From positions 2,144,001 to 2,208,000 of the forward strand of contig OZ240215.1 in NCBI GenBank assembly GCA_965197585.1: 64,000 nucleotides of DNA, read 5' to 3'. The stretch comes from Dehalococcoidia bacterium (GTDB lineage: Bacteria; Chloroflexota; Dehalococcoidia; Plut-88900). Below are positions 28,976 through 38,382 of the stretch, piece by piece; position 1 is the first letter of the stretch, and every line of letters begins with the position of its first letter. The notes beneath the pieces were generated by a model. It was not told the origin of the DNA, searched no databases, and saw nothing but the letters and a program-made list of their open reading frames with translations. A program made the translations under genes and the position numbers.

Positions 28976-29740
28976 ATGTCTAACACCCTAACCGGAAAGG
29001 TCGCCATAGTTACCGGAGGTGGCTCGGGCATAGGTAAGTCGGCTGTCATGCTGCTGGCCCGAGAAGGCGCCAAGGTCATGATCGCCGACATCGACGAGCA
29101 GGCTGGGCAAGAAACGGCCGCGCTTATCAGGTCTCAAGGCGGAGAGTCCGGCTTCGTTCGAACGGACGTCTCTCGGGAGTCGGATGTCGAGGCGATGGTC
29201 GCCCGCACCATCGAGACTTTCGGCAGGCTGGACTGCGCCTTCAACAATGCCGGCATCCTCGAAGAGGGCAGCCCCGACGTAACCGGCTACTCACTGGACC
29301 TCTGGAACCGGGTCATAAGCATCAACCTGACCGGCACTTGGCTGTGCATGAAGTACGAGATCCCGGAGATGCTCAAGCAGGGCGGCGGTGCCATCGTCAA
29401 CAACGCATCGGTCGCCAGCTTCGTCGGTATCCCCGGTGCGACCGCCCTCGTGGCCAGCAAACACGGCGGCGTCGGCCTGACTAAGAATGCGGCCCTCGAA
29501 TACGCCGAGCGCGGAATCCGGGTGAACGCCGTGTGCCCGAGCTTCATCAAGACCCCGATACTCGAGCCCTACTTCGCCGCCCACCCCGAGGAAGAGATGG
29601 AGATGATTCGCAAAGAGCCGATCGGCAGGATGGGCGCCCCCGAGGAGGTCGCCGAGGCCGCAGTCTGGCTCCTATCAGACGCCGCATCTTTCGTCACCGG
29701 CCACTCGATGGTCGTAGACGGCGGCTACACCGCTATGTAG
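28976..29740 (+). CDS. SDR family oxidoreductase (catalytic Tyr replaced by Leu)
   Basis: 'VTGGGSGIG', 'AFNNAG', 'LVASKHG' in place of YxxxK, 'IRVNAVCP', 'VDGG'. Confidence 0.92.
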   Translation: MSNTLTGKVAIVTGGGSGIGKSAVMLLAREGAKVMIADIDEQAGQETAALIRSQGGESGFVRTDVSRESDVEAMVARTIETFGRLDCAFNNAGILEEGSPDVTGYSLDLWNRVISINLTGTWLCMKYEIPEMLKQGGGAIVNNASVASFVGIPGATALVASKHGGVGLTKNAALEYAERGIRVNAVCPSFIKTPILEPYFAAHPEEEMEMIRKEPIGRMGAPEEVAEAAVWLLSDAASFVTGHSMVVDGGYTAM

Positions 29741-29800
29741 ACTGCACGGTGGATGTGATCCTTGCCCAGCCCAAATCCGTGGACTAGGGAATGGGCCAGT

Positions 29801-29945
29801 TCCCTCTCCCTCGTCGAGAGTTGTGCATTACCGTCATTCCTACGAAGGCAGGAATCCAGGGGTAATGTGGGGTGGGGTAGGGTCCGATCCTCAGGAGCCG
29901 GGCCGCTCATCCTGAGGTGACTCGAAGGGTCGAGCGGGGGGAGGC
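29801..29945. repeat. Composite REP-like cluster
   Basis: 'gtcattcctacgaaggcaggaatcc' and 'ggccgctcatcctgag...tcgaagggtcgagcgggggg', the latter repeated at 31118-31163. Confidence 0.65.
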
Positions 29946-30000
29946 CACGCCCTGCAAATCCGTCGCGAACAGTTAATAAACATTCTACGGAGGCGACCCT

Positions 30001-30996
30001 ATGCTGCGATCCAAATGGACTTCTAAAGGCATGGTCATGGAAGACATCGACCCCGGCCCCCTTGCCCCGGGCCGAGTCAGAATCAACGTAACCGCCTGCG
30101 GCATCTGCGGTTCGGACCTCCACGTCTACGGAGGCCGCAGCCCCAGAAAACACGACGTAATCATGGGTCACGAGATCGTCGGGACTATTATCGACGGAAG
30201 CTCCGGCCTCCCCGACACCCTCTACGCCATCGAGCCCCTGGACGCGTGCCTGGACTGCAACTACTGTGCCGCGGGCGCCACTAATATCTGCCCCAACATG
30301 AGATTCATCGGCATCAATGAGCCTGGCGGCCTCGCCGAGTCCATCGACGTCCCCGCCCACACCCTCCACCCCGTCCCAAACTCCCTGTCCCCGCTTCTAG
30401 CCTCTATGGTCGAGCCCATGGCCTGCTCCTACCGGGGCATTGCCCTGGGCCGGCTGAAGATCGAAAGTCGGGTGCTTGTCCTGGGCGCCGGCACCATCGG
30501 CCTCTTTGCCGGCCTCCTCGCCCGGGACCGCGCCGCCGAGGTCGCCATCACCGCCCGGCACCCTCAGCAGATCGAAGCTGCACGAAAACTCGGCCTGACT
30601 CCCCTCGGCGAGAACGATTGGGAAGACTGGGCCAAGGACCGCGGCCCCGACGTGGTCATCGAGACCGTAGGCGGTGAGGCAGACACCATAAACGACGCCA
30701 TAAAAGCCGCCCAGCCCGAGGCCCGCATCGTCATAGTCGGCATCTTCACCGCCCCGTCCCAGGTCGACGGATTGGCTCTGGTCGTGAAAGAGGTGGACAT
30801 CGTGGGGTCGAGCATGTACGGTGTCGGAGCACACGGCCGTGAATTCGCCTCCACCATCGATTCCCTCGCCCGCTACTCCTCCGAAGTCGGCTTCATGCAG
30901 ACCCACCAGTACCCCCTCACCTCCGTAACCGAGGCCTTCGACACCGCCCTCGACAAGTCCACCGGAGCCATAAAAGTCACCGTCCTCCCCCAATAA
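30001..30996 (+). CDS. Zinc-binding (MDR) alcohol dehydrogenase
   Basis: 'CGICGSDLH', 'GHEIVG', structural Zn 'CLDCNYC...C', 'LGAGTIG'. Confidence 0.93.
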   Translation: MLRSKWTSKGMVMEDIDPGPLAPGRVRINVTACGICGSDLHVYGGRSPRKHDVIMGHEIVGTIIDGSSGLPDTLYAIEPLDACLDCNYCAAGATNICPNMRFIGINEPGGLAESIDVPAHTLHPVPNSLSPLLASMVEPMACSYRGIALGRLKIESRVLVLGAGTIGLFAGLLARDRAAEVAITARHPQQIEAARKLGLTPLGENDWEDWAKDRGPDVVIETVGGEADTINDAIKAAQPEARIVIVGIFTAPSQVDGLALVVKEVDIVGSSMYGVGAHGREFASTIDSLARYSSEVGFMQTHQYPLTSVTEAFDTALDKSTGAIKVTVLPQ

Positions 30997-31019
30997 CCCT
31001 CCTTCCCCCGATGGGAGCC

Positions 31020-31240
31020 TGTCCGCCTCTGGCGGATCATTCCCGACCCCGTTCGGGTCACAGAGGCGCCGTGCTGAAAGTCCGCCTTTGGCGGAGCGTC
31101 AATCCATCCCCATGAGGGGCCGCTCACCCTGAGCGCCGTCGAAGGGTCGAGCGGGGGGAGGCCCACCCACCGCCAATCCGTCTCCTCTGCCATCCCCAAC
31201 CCTCGTTCGCCTTGTCTTCCCGAGGCCCCGCGAGGGATCT
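31020..31240. repeat. Composite REP-like cluster
   Basis: Two 'tccgcctYtggcgga' hairpins, 'ccgctcaccctgag..tcgaagggtcgagcgg', and 'gtcttcccgaggccccgcgagggatct' (related copies at 25584-25610 and 63366-63392). Confidence 0.65.
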
Positions 31241-31263
31241 CAAGCGTCAATGTCCCCACCCCC

Positions 31264-32478
31264 CTAGAGTACCCCTGCAAGCCCCTTAATCCTGCTCCCC
31301 AACCCGCTCACCCGTTCAAGTATGTCATCAAAACTGCCTGAAAGGTCCAGCGTGGTTACATGCAGCTCCTTCCCAGAATTTCGTACCGTGTAGGTGATCT
31401 CGTCAGTCTCCCCCTTAGCGTAAATGAGCATTCCGTTTTGCAATTTAAGGGATGTCATATATGCCAGCATCTGGTACACATCAGCATTTGGAAAGTGGTC
31501 ATCCTTGATGTATTTGTACTTTGCGTCCCCTACAAACACGCATCTTGAACTGACTCGCCATACTAAATCGGGCCTCAGACCAATCTTGCTCTTCCTACCG
31601 ACTTCCGGAACGTCAAGTGACAGAATGTCGATTTCACCAAACTCCTTCTCCGACACCCCCAGGGCCTCCCTCAACGCAACCGTCAAGAACTCCTGGAAGA
31701 CCACGTTCATGTCCATCAAGAACCCTTGCGCCCTAACCTCCCCCCGCCCCGACTCAAAAGCCCCGTGTCGCAGAATCAACCGCGCCAATGCCACCACCGA
31801 CCTATAGTGCTCGTTCAACCTGTCAAACTTAACTTCTGGCACGTCCTTGGGCCGATAGTCCACTAGCGACACGTTGTCCAGCATCGCCCACGCCCACCCG
31901 AGACCCGTTCGCGCCTTCTGCGACCGCAGCCGTAAGCCACCAAGCCGAGCCACCGCCGCCTTCACCAACCGGTTCTCCTTGATGTCGTCCGTGAATTCGT
32001 CGTATCGCACCTCCACCGGCAGCGGTATCCCGAACCTGCGCCGTATCTGATCATTGAACCGGATCCGACCCCGCACTGTCTGCAACGCCTCTTCCTTCAC
32101 CAAGTACCCATGCAGCAACCCCCTACCGAACGCCCGCCTTGCTGTCACTGATAACGCGAGAGCCAACGCATCCGGCAATGCCTTTTCTTCCCTTAGGTCT
32201 ACATCCGTATCCTGAAACTTAACCTTGCCTATGGCATAGCACGCCAAAGATATCAACTGGGCTATCCCAATCTTCGGCTCTATTACCACAGATAGATCGC
32301 CCACCTTCACCGCCCCAACCGTCGATCCGGGAGTCAAGTCGTAACTGCCTTCTTCTGTTGGATTCGGGCTGAGGGCAAGGTTAAGTCTATTGCTCTCACC
32401 CATTAGCGTCTTCAACTCAGAAGGTGAGAGTAGGACGTCTTCAGTCCTTTGGTGTTCTTTAAGATTCAGGTTGCGCAT
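31264..32478 (-). CDS. mcrC: McrC family restriction endonuclease subunit
   Basis: 'DEFTDDIKENRLVK', 'FLMDMN.VFQEF', PD-(D/E)xK 'LRPDL...VGDAKYK', 'DVYQMLAY'. Confidence 0.92.
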   Translation of the reverse strand: MRNLNLKEHQRTEDVLLSPSELKTLMGESNRLNLALSPNPTEEGSYDLTPGSTVGAVKVGDLSVVIEPKIGIAQLISLACYAIGKVKFQDTDVDLREEKALPDALALALSVTARRAFGRGLLHGYLVKEEALQTVRGRIRFNDQIRRRFGIPLPVEVRYDEFTDDIKENRLVKAAVARLGGLRLRSQKARTGLGWAWAMLDNVSLVDYRPKDVPEVKFDRLNEHYRSVVALARLILRHGAFESGRGEVRAQGFLMDMNVVFQEFLTVALREALGVSEKEFGEIDILSLDVPEVGRKSKIGLRPDLVWRVSSRCVFVGDAKYKYIKDDHFPNADVYQMLAYMTSLKLQNGMLIYAKGETDEITYTVRNSGKELHVTTLDLSGSFDDILERVSGLGSRIKGLAGVL

Positions 32479-34840
32479 TGCCGTTCACGTTGTCTTGTCC
32501 TCCACCGTTCTCCTGGGAATCAGTCGCGGGTTCCTTCTTCAGCAACGTATTTAGGTCGAATTCCTGGCTTCCTTCTTCCCCACCAAATCTGCGCTCTTCG
32601 ATATACGGCAGCACGCTATGTTTCCAAATACGTTCGACTGCAACCGTATCTAGCCCTTCTTTCATAAAGTAGCTCGGCCCTATGGCTGCGTGTCGGTCAT
32701 CCTTCAGCTTTTCGTTTACTTTCTCAACCGCGTCCGCGACCCACTCCATCCCCTCAGCGTTTTCTTGCAGCCACTTGCGCAGCACACTTCTTACAGGTTT
32801 ATGGTCTGGATGAAATTCCACAAAATAAAACCGTCGCCGCAGTGCCATGTCCACCAAAGCAATGGATCGGTCAGCAGTGTTCATAGTCCCGATGATGTAC
32901 AGATTCTTGGGAAGCCTGAACTCTCCGTCACTGTATTGGAGCGTTGCGGGCGCATCTCTGTATTCAAGGAGGAAATACAACTCTCCTAGCACCTTTGCTA
33001 AGTTTCCCCTATTGATTTCGTCAATGATTAGATAGTGTTTCTCATCCGAAACCCTCGCCTTCTCTGCAATTTCCAGCAATGGCCCATTCCTCAGTTTGTA
33101 TACGAGATTCCCATTCTCTATGCTCGGACGAAAACCCTGCACAAAGTCCTCGTAGGCATAGGAGGGATGAAACTGGACCAATGTGACCCGATCTCCCGAC
33201 CCGGCTAGGCACCCCGCTATCTTCTGTGCAATAAACGTCTTCCCCGTCCCCGGCGGCCCTTGGAAGATGACCTGCTTTTTCTCCTCAAGCAGCGTTTGGA
33301 TTTCCTCTAGGAAAGAGACGGGCAGGAAGGTCTGCTCAGCAAGGTCATCTAGAGTTGTAGAGCTTATGGGAGGCTGTGTGTCACTCTCATCTTCCGGCCG
33401 CTCAACTCGGCCTGTCACTATTGCCCAAGCCACAGATTGCGCGTCAAGCCGATGGCGTAAGTTAACCTTCCGTTTATTTCCTTCTTCAATAAACTGGTCC
33501 AGGAATCCAAGGGCATGTTCGTACAGCACCTCCTCACTGGCGTCCTTGTCTGGTTTGTCATACCCGACTTGCTCATAGGTTCTATTAAATATGTTGACTC
33601 TAAAGGGTGGATAGTGTTCTGCATTAAGCCCCATCAATAACACGGATACAACATTAATGCGCGTTCCAGTTCCACCTATTACTTCAGTTGGGAACCGTTG
33701 GCAAAAAGCGTGTATGCGATCTGAGACCGAAGTCTCCTCTTGTGCCCAAAGTGCCTCTAGAGCTTCTTGCACCGTAACAGGAGACTCATTAATCCAATCC
33801 TGTAACTTTGACAAAGTTACATAGTGTATTAGGTTATTGTCGCTGTTTGTGAGTGCTTGCTTCAACAATAGTGGCCAATCATCCGCTCCCCTAGACATAG
33901 CATCCCGCGCTACAGCTAATTTTCCGCCTATTGCAAGCTTATAATCTATCTCTTCCTCTTCCAATGTCCCTGCATCTATATACTCCTTGGCCAGTGTTAC
34001 AAACTTATCCCAAGTGTTGGCACTCACCTTCTTGCTGTCCCTCCACTTGTAGCTAATAGCGTCCTCGTAGAAGTGGAAATCCCTTCCTAATTTCTTCTCC
34101 AGACCTGCGCGAATTTGCTGCAATTTGCGATCTACATCATCTGTCGGTTGAGTGACTAGCGTACTAAAGGCGTCGGCAACTGCACTCTTGTGGTCTTCAC
34201 TGACAATGCCTTCAAACGTGTCAGGGTGGACTAGGTGAAGTAATGCTTGTCGTTGAATGCGTGACGCATTCTGATATTTGCTAACTAGCAGGCTGCGAGG
34301 TCTAAAATCCATCAGAAATCGTTTGAATTCCCACGGAGCATCTATTATGCGTACGAGTTCACTGGGATCCTCTTGTTTCAGGCGCTCCACAAACTCGATT
34401 AGGAGACCGACTTGAAATGGACGGAATGTGTGATACGCCGTTCCAGGAGTCGCTATTCCCGGAGTTAGAGCAGCAATAAGTTCCGTTGGGATCTCTACGG
34501 GTGATGTTGACCATCCGAGAACCGTTTCAATTACGTTTCTCTCATCCGTCACACTCTTGGTGTGCACTATTAGGAAGTAGAAGTAAAGGGCCTCTCCCAT
34601 GAGTTGGTATACCTCTGGTGGGCTGTTCTCTAACTGTTTTCCCAACTTGTCCAGAAAGCTCCCATCCGTTTCGTCCGGGCTGTTCAGGAACTTCTCGTGC
34701 AAGACACCCAAATTCCTTATCGTCCAAATTGCTTTTCCCGGCGTGAACAACGACCCCTCCGACCTCAGCGCGCAATCAACCCATTCCTGAGCCGCATCGT
34801 AGACCTTCTCTACACCGTTTCCAGCCCTCCTACTTCCCAT
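32459..34840 (-). CDS. mcrB: McrB family AAA+ GTPase with long N-terminal recognition region
   Basis: 'QGPPGTGKT', 'VQFHPSYAYEDFVQG', 'IIDEINRGN', 'IGTMNTADRSIALVD.ALRRRF'. Confidence 0.94.
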   Translation of the reverse strand: MGSRRAGNGVEKVYDAAQEWVDCALRSEGSLFTPGKAIWTIRNLGVLHEKFLNSPDETDGSFLDKLGKQLENSPPEVYQLMGEALYFYFLIVHTKSVTDERNVIETVLGWSTSPVEIPTELIAALTPGIATPGTAYHTFRPFQVGLLIEFVERLKQEDPSELVRIIDAPWEFKRFLMDFRPRSLLVSKYQNASRIQRQALLHLVHPDTFEGIVSEDHKSAVADAFSTLVTQPTDDVDRKLQQIRAGLEKKLGRDFHFYEDAISYKWRDSKKVSANTWDKFVTLAKEYIDAGTLEEEEIDYKLAIGGKLAVARDAMSRGADDWPLLLKQALTNSDNNLIHYVTLSKLQDWINESPVTVQEALEALWAQEETSVSDRIHAFCQRFPTEVIGGTGTRINVVSVLLMGLNAEHYPPFRVNIFNRTYEQVGYDKPDKDASEEVLYEHALGFLDQFIEEGNKRKVNLRHRLDAQSVAWAIVTGRVERPEDESDTQPPISSTTLDDLAEQTFLPVSFLEEIQTLLEEKKQVIFQGPPGTGKTFIAQKIAGCLAGSGDRVTLVQFHPSYAYEDFVQGFRPSIENGNLVYKLRNGPLLEIAEKARVSDEKHYLIIDEINRGNLAKVLGELYFLLEYRDAPATLQYSDGEFRLPKNLYIIGTMNTADRSIALVDMALRRRFYFVEFHPDHKPVRSVLRKWLQENAEGMEWVADAVEKVNEKLKDDRHAAIGPSYFMKEGLDTVAVERIWKHSVLPYIEERRFGGEEGSQEFDLNTLLKKEPATDSQENGGGQDNVNGNAQPES

Positions 34841-34916
34841 CGAGCCCCTCCTAGTCGATATGTTTCGGCCCCAATCTTACACCCTTTACACTCCTCCCCC
34901 ATCCACCCCCACCCCC

Positions 34917-34945
34917 TTGACCCATACAAACATATGTGCTATATT
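34917..34945 (+). promoter_or_regulatory. Sigma70-type promoter of structured element A, with LexA-box-like spacer
   Basis: TTGACC-17 nt-TATATT with extended TG; spacer contains AAAC-ATAT-GTGC. Confidence 0.65.
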
Positions 34946-34950
34946 CGCCA

Positions 34951-35716
34951 CAGTCTAGACCCGACACCCACCTTAAGGAGGAACCAAAACACCAGGGAAG
35001 CCCCCGAGACCCACCCGAGGACTCAACGCCCTAGCCCATCCCAACGGCCCTCGCGCAGGCCCGAGGCTCAAGCAACAGACGCCATCTCCTCTCACCAGGG
35101 TCCCGGCTATCCCTTCCAGCATCAGGCGATGGGAGGTTCCCGGCATCCATCCGGCTAGCCAGCTCCCTATCAGCGCCCCCGTCGGGGGGCAAACCTACAT
35201 AACCGGCATAGACCTTGCCGGCCAGTCCGAACAGTCGGAATAGCGCCGACTCAAAACCAACGCACCCTTTAGGGATTCCACCGTCGTCACCGCCGGCAAG
35301 CTCCGGTCTACAAACGGCGGTCTCGGGTCCCCGCTCCCATCCCTTGGGATGGTCGAGCACTTCTGGTGGACGGGACTGCCCCACACCGAGAATATCTCGG
35401 GTCCCGCCACATCCTCTCAGAAGTCAGTGGCAAGGATTCCACCGTCGTCACCATCGGCAAGCTCCGGTCTACGAACGGCGGTCTCGGGTCCCCGCTCCCA
35501 TCCCTTGGGATGGTCGAGCACTTCTGGTGTACGGGACTGCCCCACACCGAGAAATCCTCGGGTCTCGTCCACATCCTCTCAGAAGTCAGGGGCTGTCGCA
35601 GAGAAATAGTCGACCCAACGGGTATCGACACAGGCGTCCCCGCCATCCTGCGCAAACGTCCGGGAACCTCCATCGCCGACCCTCCAAAACAAACAAAACA
35701 AACCGAAACCCCACAA
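34951..35716 (+). ncRNA. Candidate large structured non-coding element, copy A
   Basis: Colinear conserved blocks shared with 40178-40809; 18-bp enclosing stem 35125-35143/35660-35677; no conserved ORF. Confidence 0.55.
35273..35589 (+). repeat. Tandem duplication of a ~155-nt structured unit
   Basis: 35273-35427 and 35434-35589 are near-identical, period 161 nt. Confidence 0.92.
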
Positions 35717-35785
35717 GTGAACACCATCCCCCATGTATAATCCCCAAGGTCGAAGATCCGCCTAGGGCGGAAGGAGCACCCGACC

Positions 35786-36895
35786 ATGCGAGAACATCCA
35801 CTAGTCGACGTCGACAGCCACGTCCTTGAACCCATGTCCGTCTGGCAGGACTACCTCGAACCCGACCTCAGGCCCCGCGCCATACGATGGTCCACCGACG
35901 ACAACGGCCGAGAGCTCATGCTCATCGATGGCAAGCCCGCACGCCAGTTCATGCTCCGCAACGGCTGGATGGGCAACCCCGAGGTCCCCGGCGGTCGTGC
36001 CTTCGAAGACCGCGTCACCACCTCCCTAGGCGCGGCCAACGGCCCCGACCGCGTCCAGCTCCTAGACAACGAGGGCATCGACATCACCCTCCTCTACCCC
36101 ACCCTCGGCATCCAGTGGGAGCCCGAGTTCGAGGACTACAAGCTCGCCGCCGCTCACGCCCGCGCCTACAACTCCTGGATCACCGACCTCTGCAAACCCC
36201 ACTCAGACCGTCTCATTCCCGTCGCCCACGTCGTCGCTTCCGACGTCGATGAAGGAGCGGCGGAGCTGGAGCGGGCCGCGGGGCTTGGCGCACGGGGCGG
36301 CATGGTCAGCGGCAGGCCCATCAACGGCATCCCCTACGGAGACCCCTACTATGACCCCCTCTGGGGGCAGGCATCGGAATCCCGCATCCCTCTCGCCCTT
36401 CACGTCATGGGCTACCCCAGACACCTCGGCTATGACATGTACCCGGACACCAGCCCCAAAATCGCCTGGTGGGGCTTCGTCACCCTCGGCCTGGAGGTCA
36501 TCATCGGCCTCACGACACTGTTCCAGGGAGCTGTCTTCGAAAGATTCCCGGACCTGCGCCTCGTCGTGCTGGAAGCCGGGTCGGGCTGGCTGCCCTACTG
36601 GCTCGACAGGATGGACGAATACACCGAGCTCTTCACCTACGCTACATCGCTATCGATGAAGCCGACCGAGTATTTCAAACGACAGTGCTGGATATCCTTC
36701 GAACCCAGCGAAGAAATGATGCCCGAGACCATGGACTTCATCGGCGTCGACAAATTCATGTGGGCCGCCGACTACCCCCACACCGACTCCGTCGCCGAAC
36801 CCGTACGCCTCCTCACCAAGATGCTCGCTCCCCTATCCCAGGAAGACCGATGGAAAGTCCTCGGCGACACCGCCGTCAAGCTCTACGGCCTCTAG
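35786..36895 (+). CDS. Amidohydrolase 2 family protein
   Basis: 'VDVDSHVLEP', 'LLYPT.G', 'YDPLW', 'LALH', 'LEAGSGWLP', 'MWAADYPH'. Confidence 0.9.
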   Translation: MREHPLVDVDSHVLEPMSVWQDYLEPDLRPRAIRWSTDDNGRELMLIDGKPARQFMLRNGWMGNPEVPGGRAFEDRVTTSLGAANGPDRVQLLDNEGIDITLLYPTLGIQWEPEFEDYKLAAAHARAYNSWITDLCKPHSDRLIPVAHVVASDVDEGAAELERAAGLGARGGMVSGRPINGIPYGDPYYDPLWGQASESRIPLALHVMGYPRHLGYDMYPDTSPKIAWWGFVTLGLEVIIGLTTLFQGAVFERFPDLRLVVLEAGSGWLPYWLDRMDEYTELFTYATSLSMKPTEYFKRQCWISFEPSEEMMPETMDFIGVDKFMWAADYPHTDSVAEPVRLLTKMLAPLSQEDRWKVLGDTAVKLYGL

Positions 36896-36954
36896 CCAAC
36901 CCTCCATGGGACCCCTTGCCCATTCCTTCTTCTGGCCCGCGGGGGTGGTCTTAT

Positions 36955-36999
36955 CCCCTCTCCCTCGATGGGAGAGGGCTAGGGTGAGGGTGAGGGTGA
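36955..36999. repeat. REP-like palindrome CCCTCTCCC-N5-GGGAGAGGG-ctagggtgaggg
   Basis: Intact copy of the palindrome family that hosts the MITE at 22340; related copies near 25627 and 60410. Confidence 0.7.
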
Positions 37000-37106
37000 T
37001 CCTAGTCCTCTTATTGCGAGCTATTGCAACAGCAACATGTCGCATGTATAATTCCCCCAAGGCTTAAACGCCACCATAGAAATCGGCGCAGAGAAAGGAA
37101 AACCCA

Positions 37107-37517
37107 ATGGTAAAGATCTACAACGTCCACAAAGCTATTGAAAACCTGACCCCCATAGTCAACCGAGGCGAGAATACCCCCGAAGAAGTAGTAGTCGCAG
37201 GCTTCGAGATTCTCGGCAGAGGTGACTTCCACGACGCGGCCATCAACCTCGGCACCTTCAACGGCGACGCCGGTTGGGAGAGGCATTCCCAGGGTGACGA
37301 GATCGTACACATCGTGGCCGGCGAGACCGCAATCCAGATGCTCGTGGACGGGGAACGGCAGACCATCCAAGTAAGCGCGGGCGACCTGCTGGTCGTGCCA
37401 CAGGGCACTTGGCATCGACTGCAGTCCGAAAAGGGAGTGACCGTCCTCACCGCAACCCCCGAGGGCCACGAAGACCACGCCTTCGTAGATGACCCAAGGA
37501 CCCTCTACCCCTGCTAA
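37107..37517 (+). CDS. Cupin domain protein
   Basis: 'WERHSQGDEIVHIVAGE', 'AGDLLVVPQGTWHR'. Confidence 0.85.
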   Translation: MVKIYNVHKAIENLTPIVNRGENTPEEVVVAGFEILGRGDFHDAAINLGTFNGDAGWERHSQGDEIVHIVAGETAIQMLVDGERQTIQVSAGDLLVVPQGTWHRLQSEKGVTVLTATPEGHEDHAFVDDPRTLYPC

Positions 37518-37544
37518 CGACGGTTGAGGATAGCAAATCTGATC

Positions 37545-37575
37545 GAGGGGCTGGCGCTTTTGCCAGCCCCTCTTC
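37545..37575 (+). terminator. Intrinsic terminator-like hairpin
   Basis: GAGGGGCTGGC-GCTTTT-GCCAGCCCCTC after the cupin stop. Confidence 0.6.
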
Positions 37576-37604
37576 ACTCACCCCCGTGCTACACTCCACT
37601 CCAC

Positions 37605-38348
37605 ATGTCCATCATCTTCCTCGCATGTATACTTGCGCTTATGACAGTTCTTTCAGCGTGCGGGGGTGAAGCCCCCGTCGAATGGGGCTACACCGGCCCC
37701 GGCGCCCCCGAGAACTGGGCCTCCCTCTCCCCCGACTTCGCAGCCTGCGCCAACGGCAAACAACAGTCCCCCATCGACATCACCGGCTACCAGGCAGGCG
37801 GCCCCGGCCCGATATCCTTCTCTTACACCACCGCCGAGACAACCCTCCGCAACGATGGCAGACAGGTCCACGTGGACTACGCCCCTGGCAACACTGCCAT
37901 GCTTGGGGGTCGTGCCTTTGAACTGAAGTCGGCGCACTTTCATTCGCCCTCGGAGCACTTGGTGGACGGCGAGAGCTTTGCCGCCGAGCTTCACATGGTC
38001 CACGCCGACTCCAACGGCCGCCTGGCAGTGGTCGGACTCCTGTTCACGCTTGGTGAGCCCAGCCCCGTGGCACAGTCGATTCTCGACGCCGCCCCACCCC
38101 CCGACGGAACCGCCAACGCCTTTATCCCGCTCGCCGACTCCCTCCCCACCGATTTCTCCTACTACCGCTACGACGGCTCCAAGACCACTCCCCCCTGCGA
38201 TGAGCCCGTCGACTGGCACGTCCTTCGCCAACACGTGATCATATCCCAAGAACAGGTGGAAGGTTTGCTTTCGCTTAGTGGCGGCCCCAATAACCGGCCC
38301 GTCCAGCCAGTCGGCGACCGCGTCATTACAATCGGCGGCGCGCCTTAG
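37605..38348 (+). CDS. Alpha-class carbonic anhydrase, lipoprotein
   Basis: 'LSAC' lipobox; 'WGYTG..APENW', 'QQSPIDI', Zn ligands 'HFHSPSEH' and 'ELHMVH', 'YDGSKTTPPCDE.V.W', 'NNRPVQP'. Confidence 0.93.
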   Translation: MSIIFLACILALMTVLSACGGEAPVEWGYTGPGAPENWASLSPDFAACANGKQQSPIDITGYQAGGPGPISFSYTTAETTLRNDGRQVHVDYAPGNTAMLGGRAFELKSAHFHSPSEHLVDGESFAAELHMVHADSNGRLAVVGLLFTLGEPSPVAQSILDAAPPPDGTANAFIPLADSLPTDFSYYRYDGSKTTPPCDEPVDWHVLRQHVIISQEQVEGLLSLSGGPNNRPVQPVGDRVITIGGAP

Positions 38349-38382
38349 TAAGGGGCTAAGAGAGTGGGGGTTGTACGACCCC

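Noticed and set aside
34951-35716. Group II intron, retron or CRISPR interpretation of the element
   Set aside because: No GUGYG start or domain V, no RT or cas gene in the window, and the repeats are two 155-nt units without spacers
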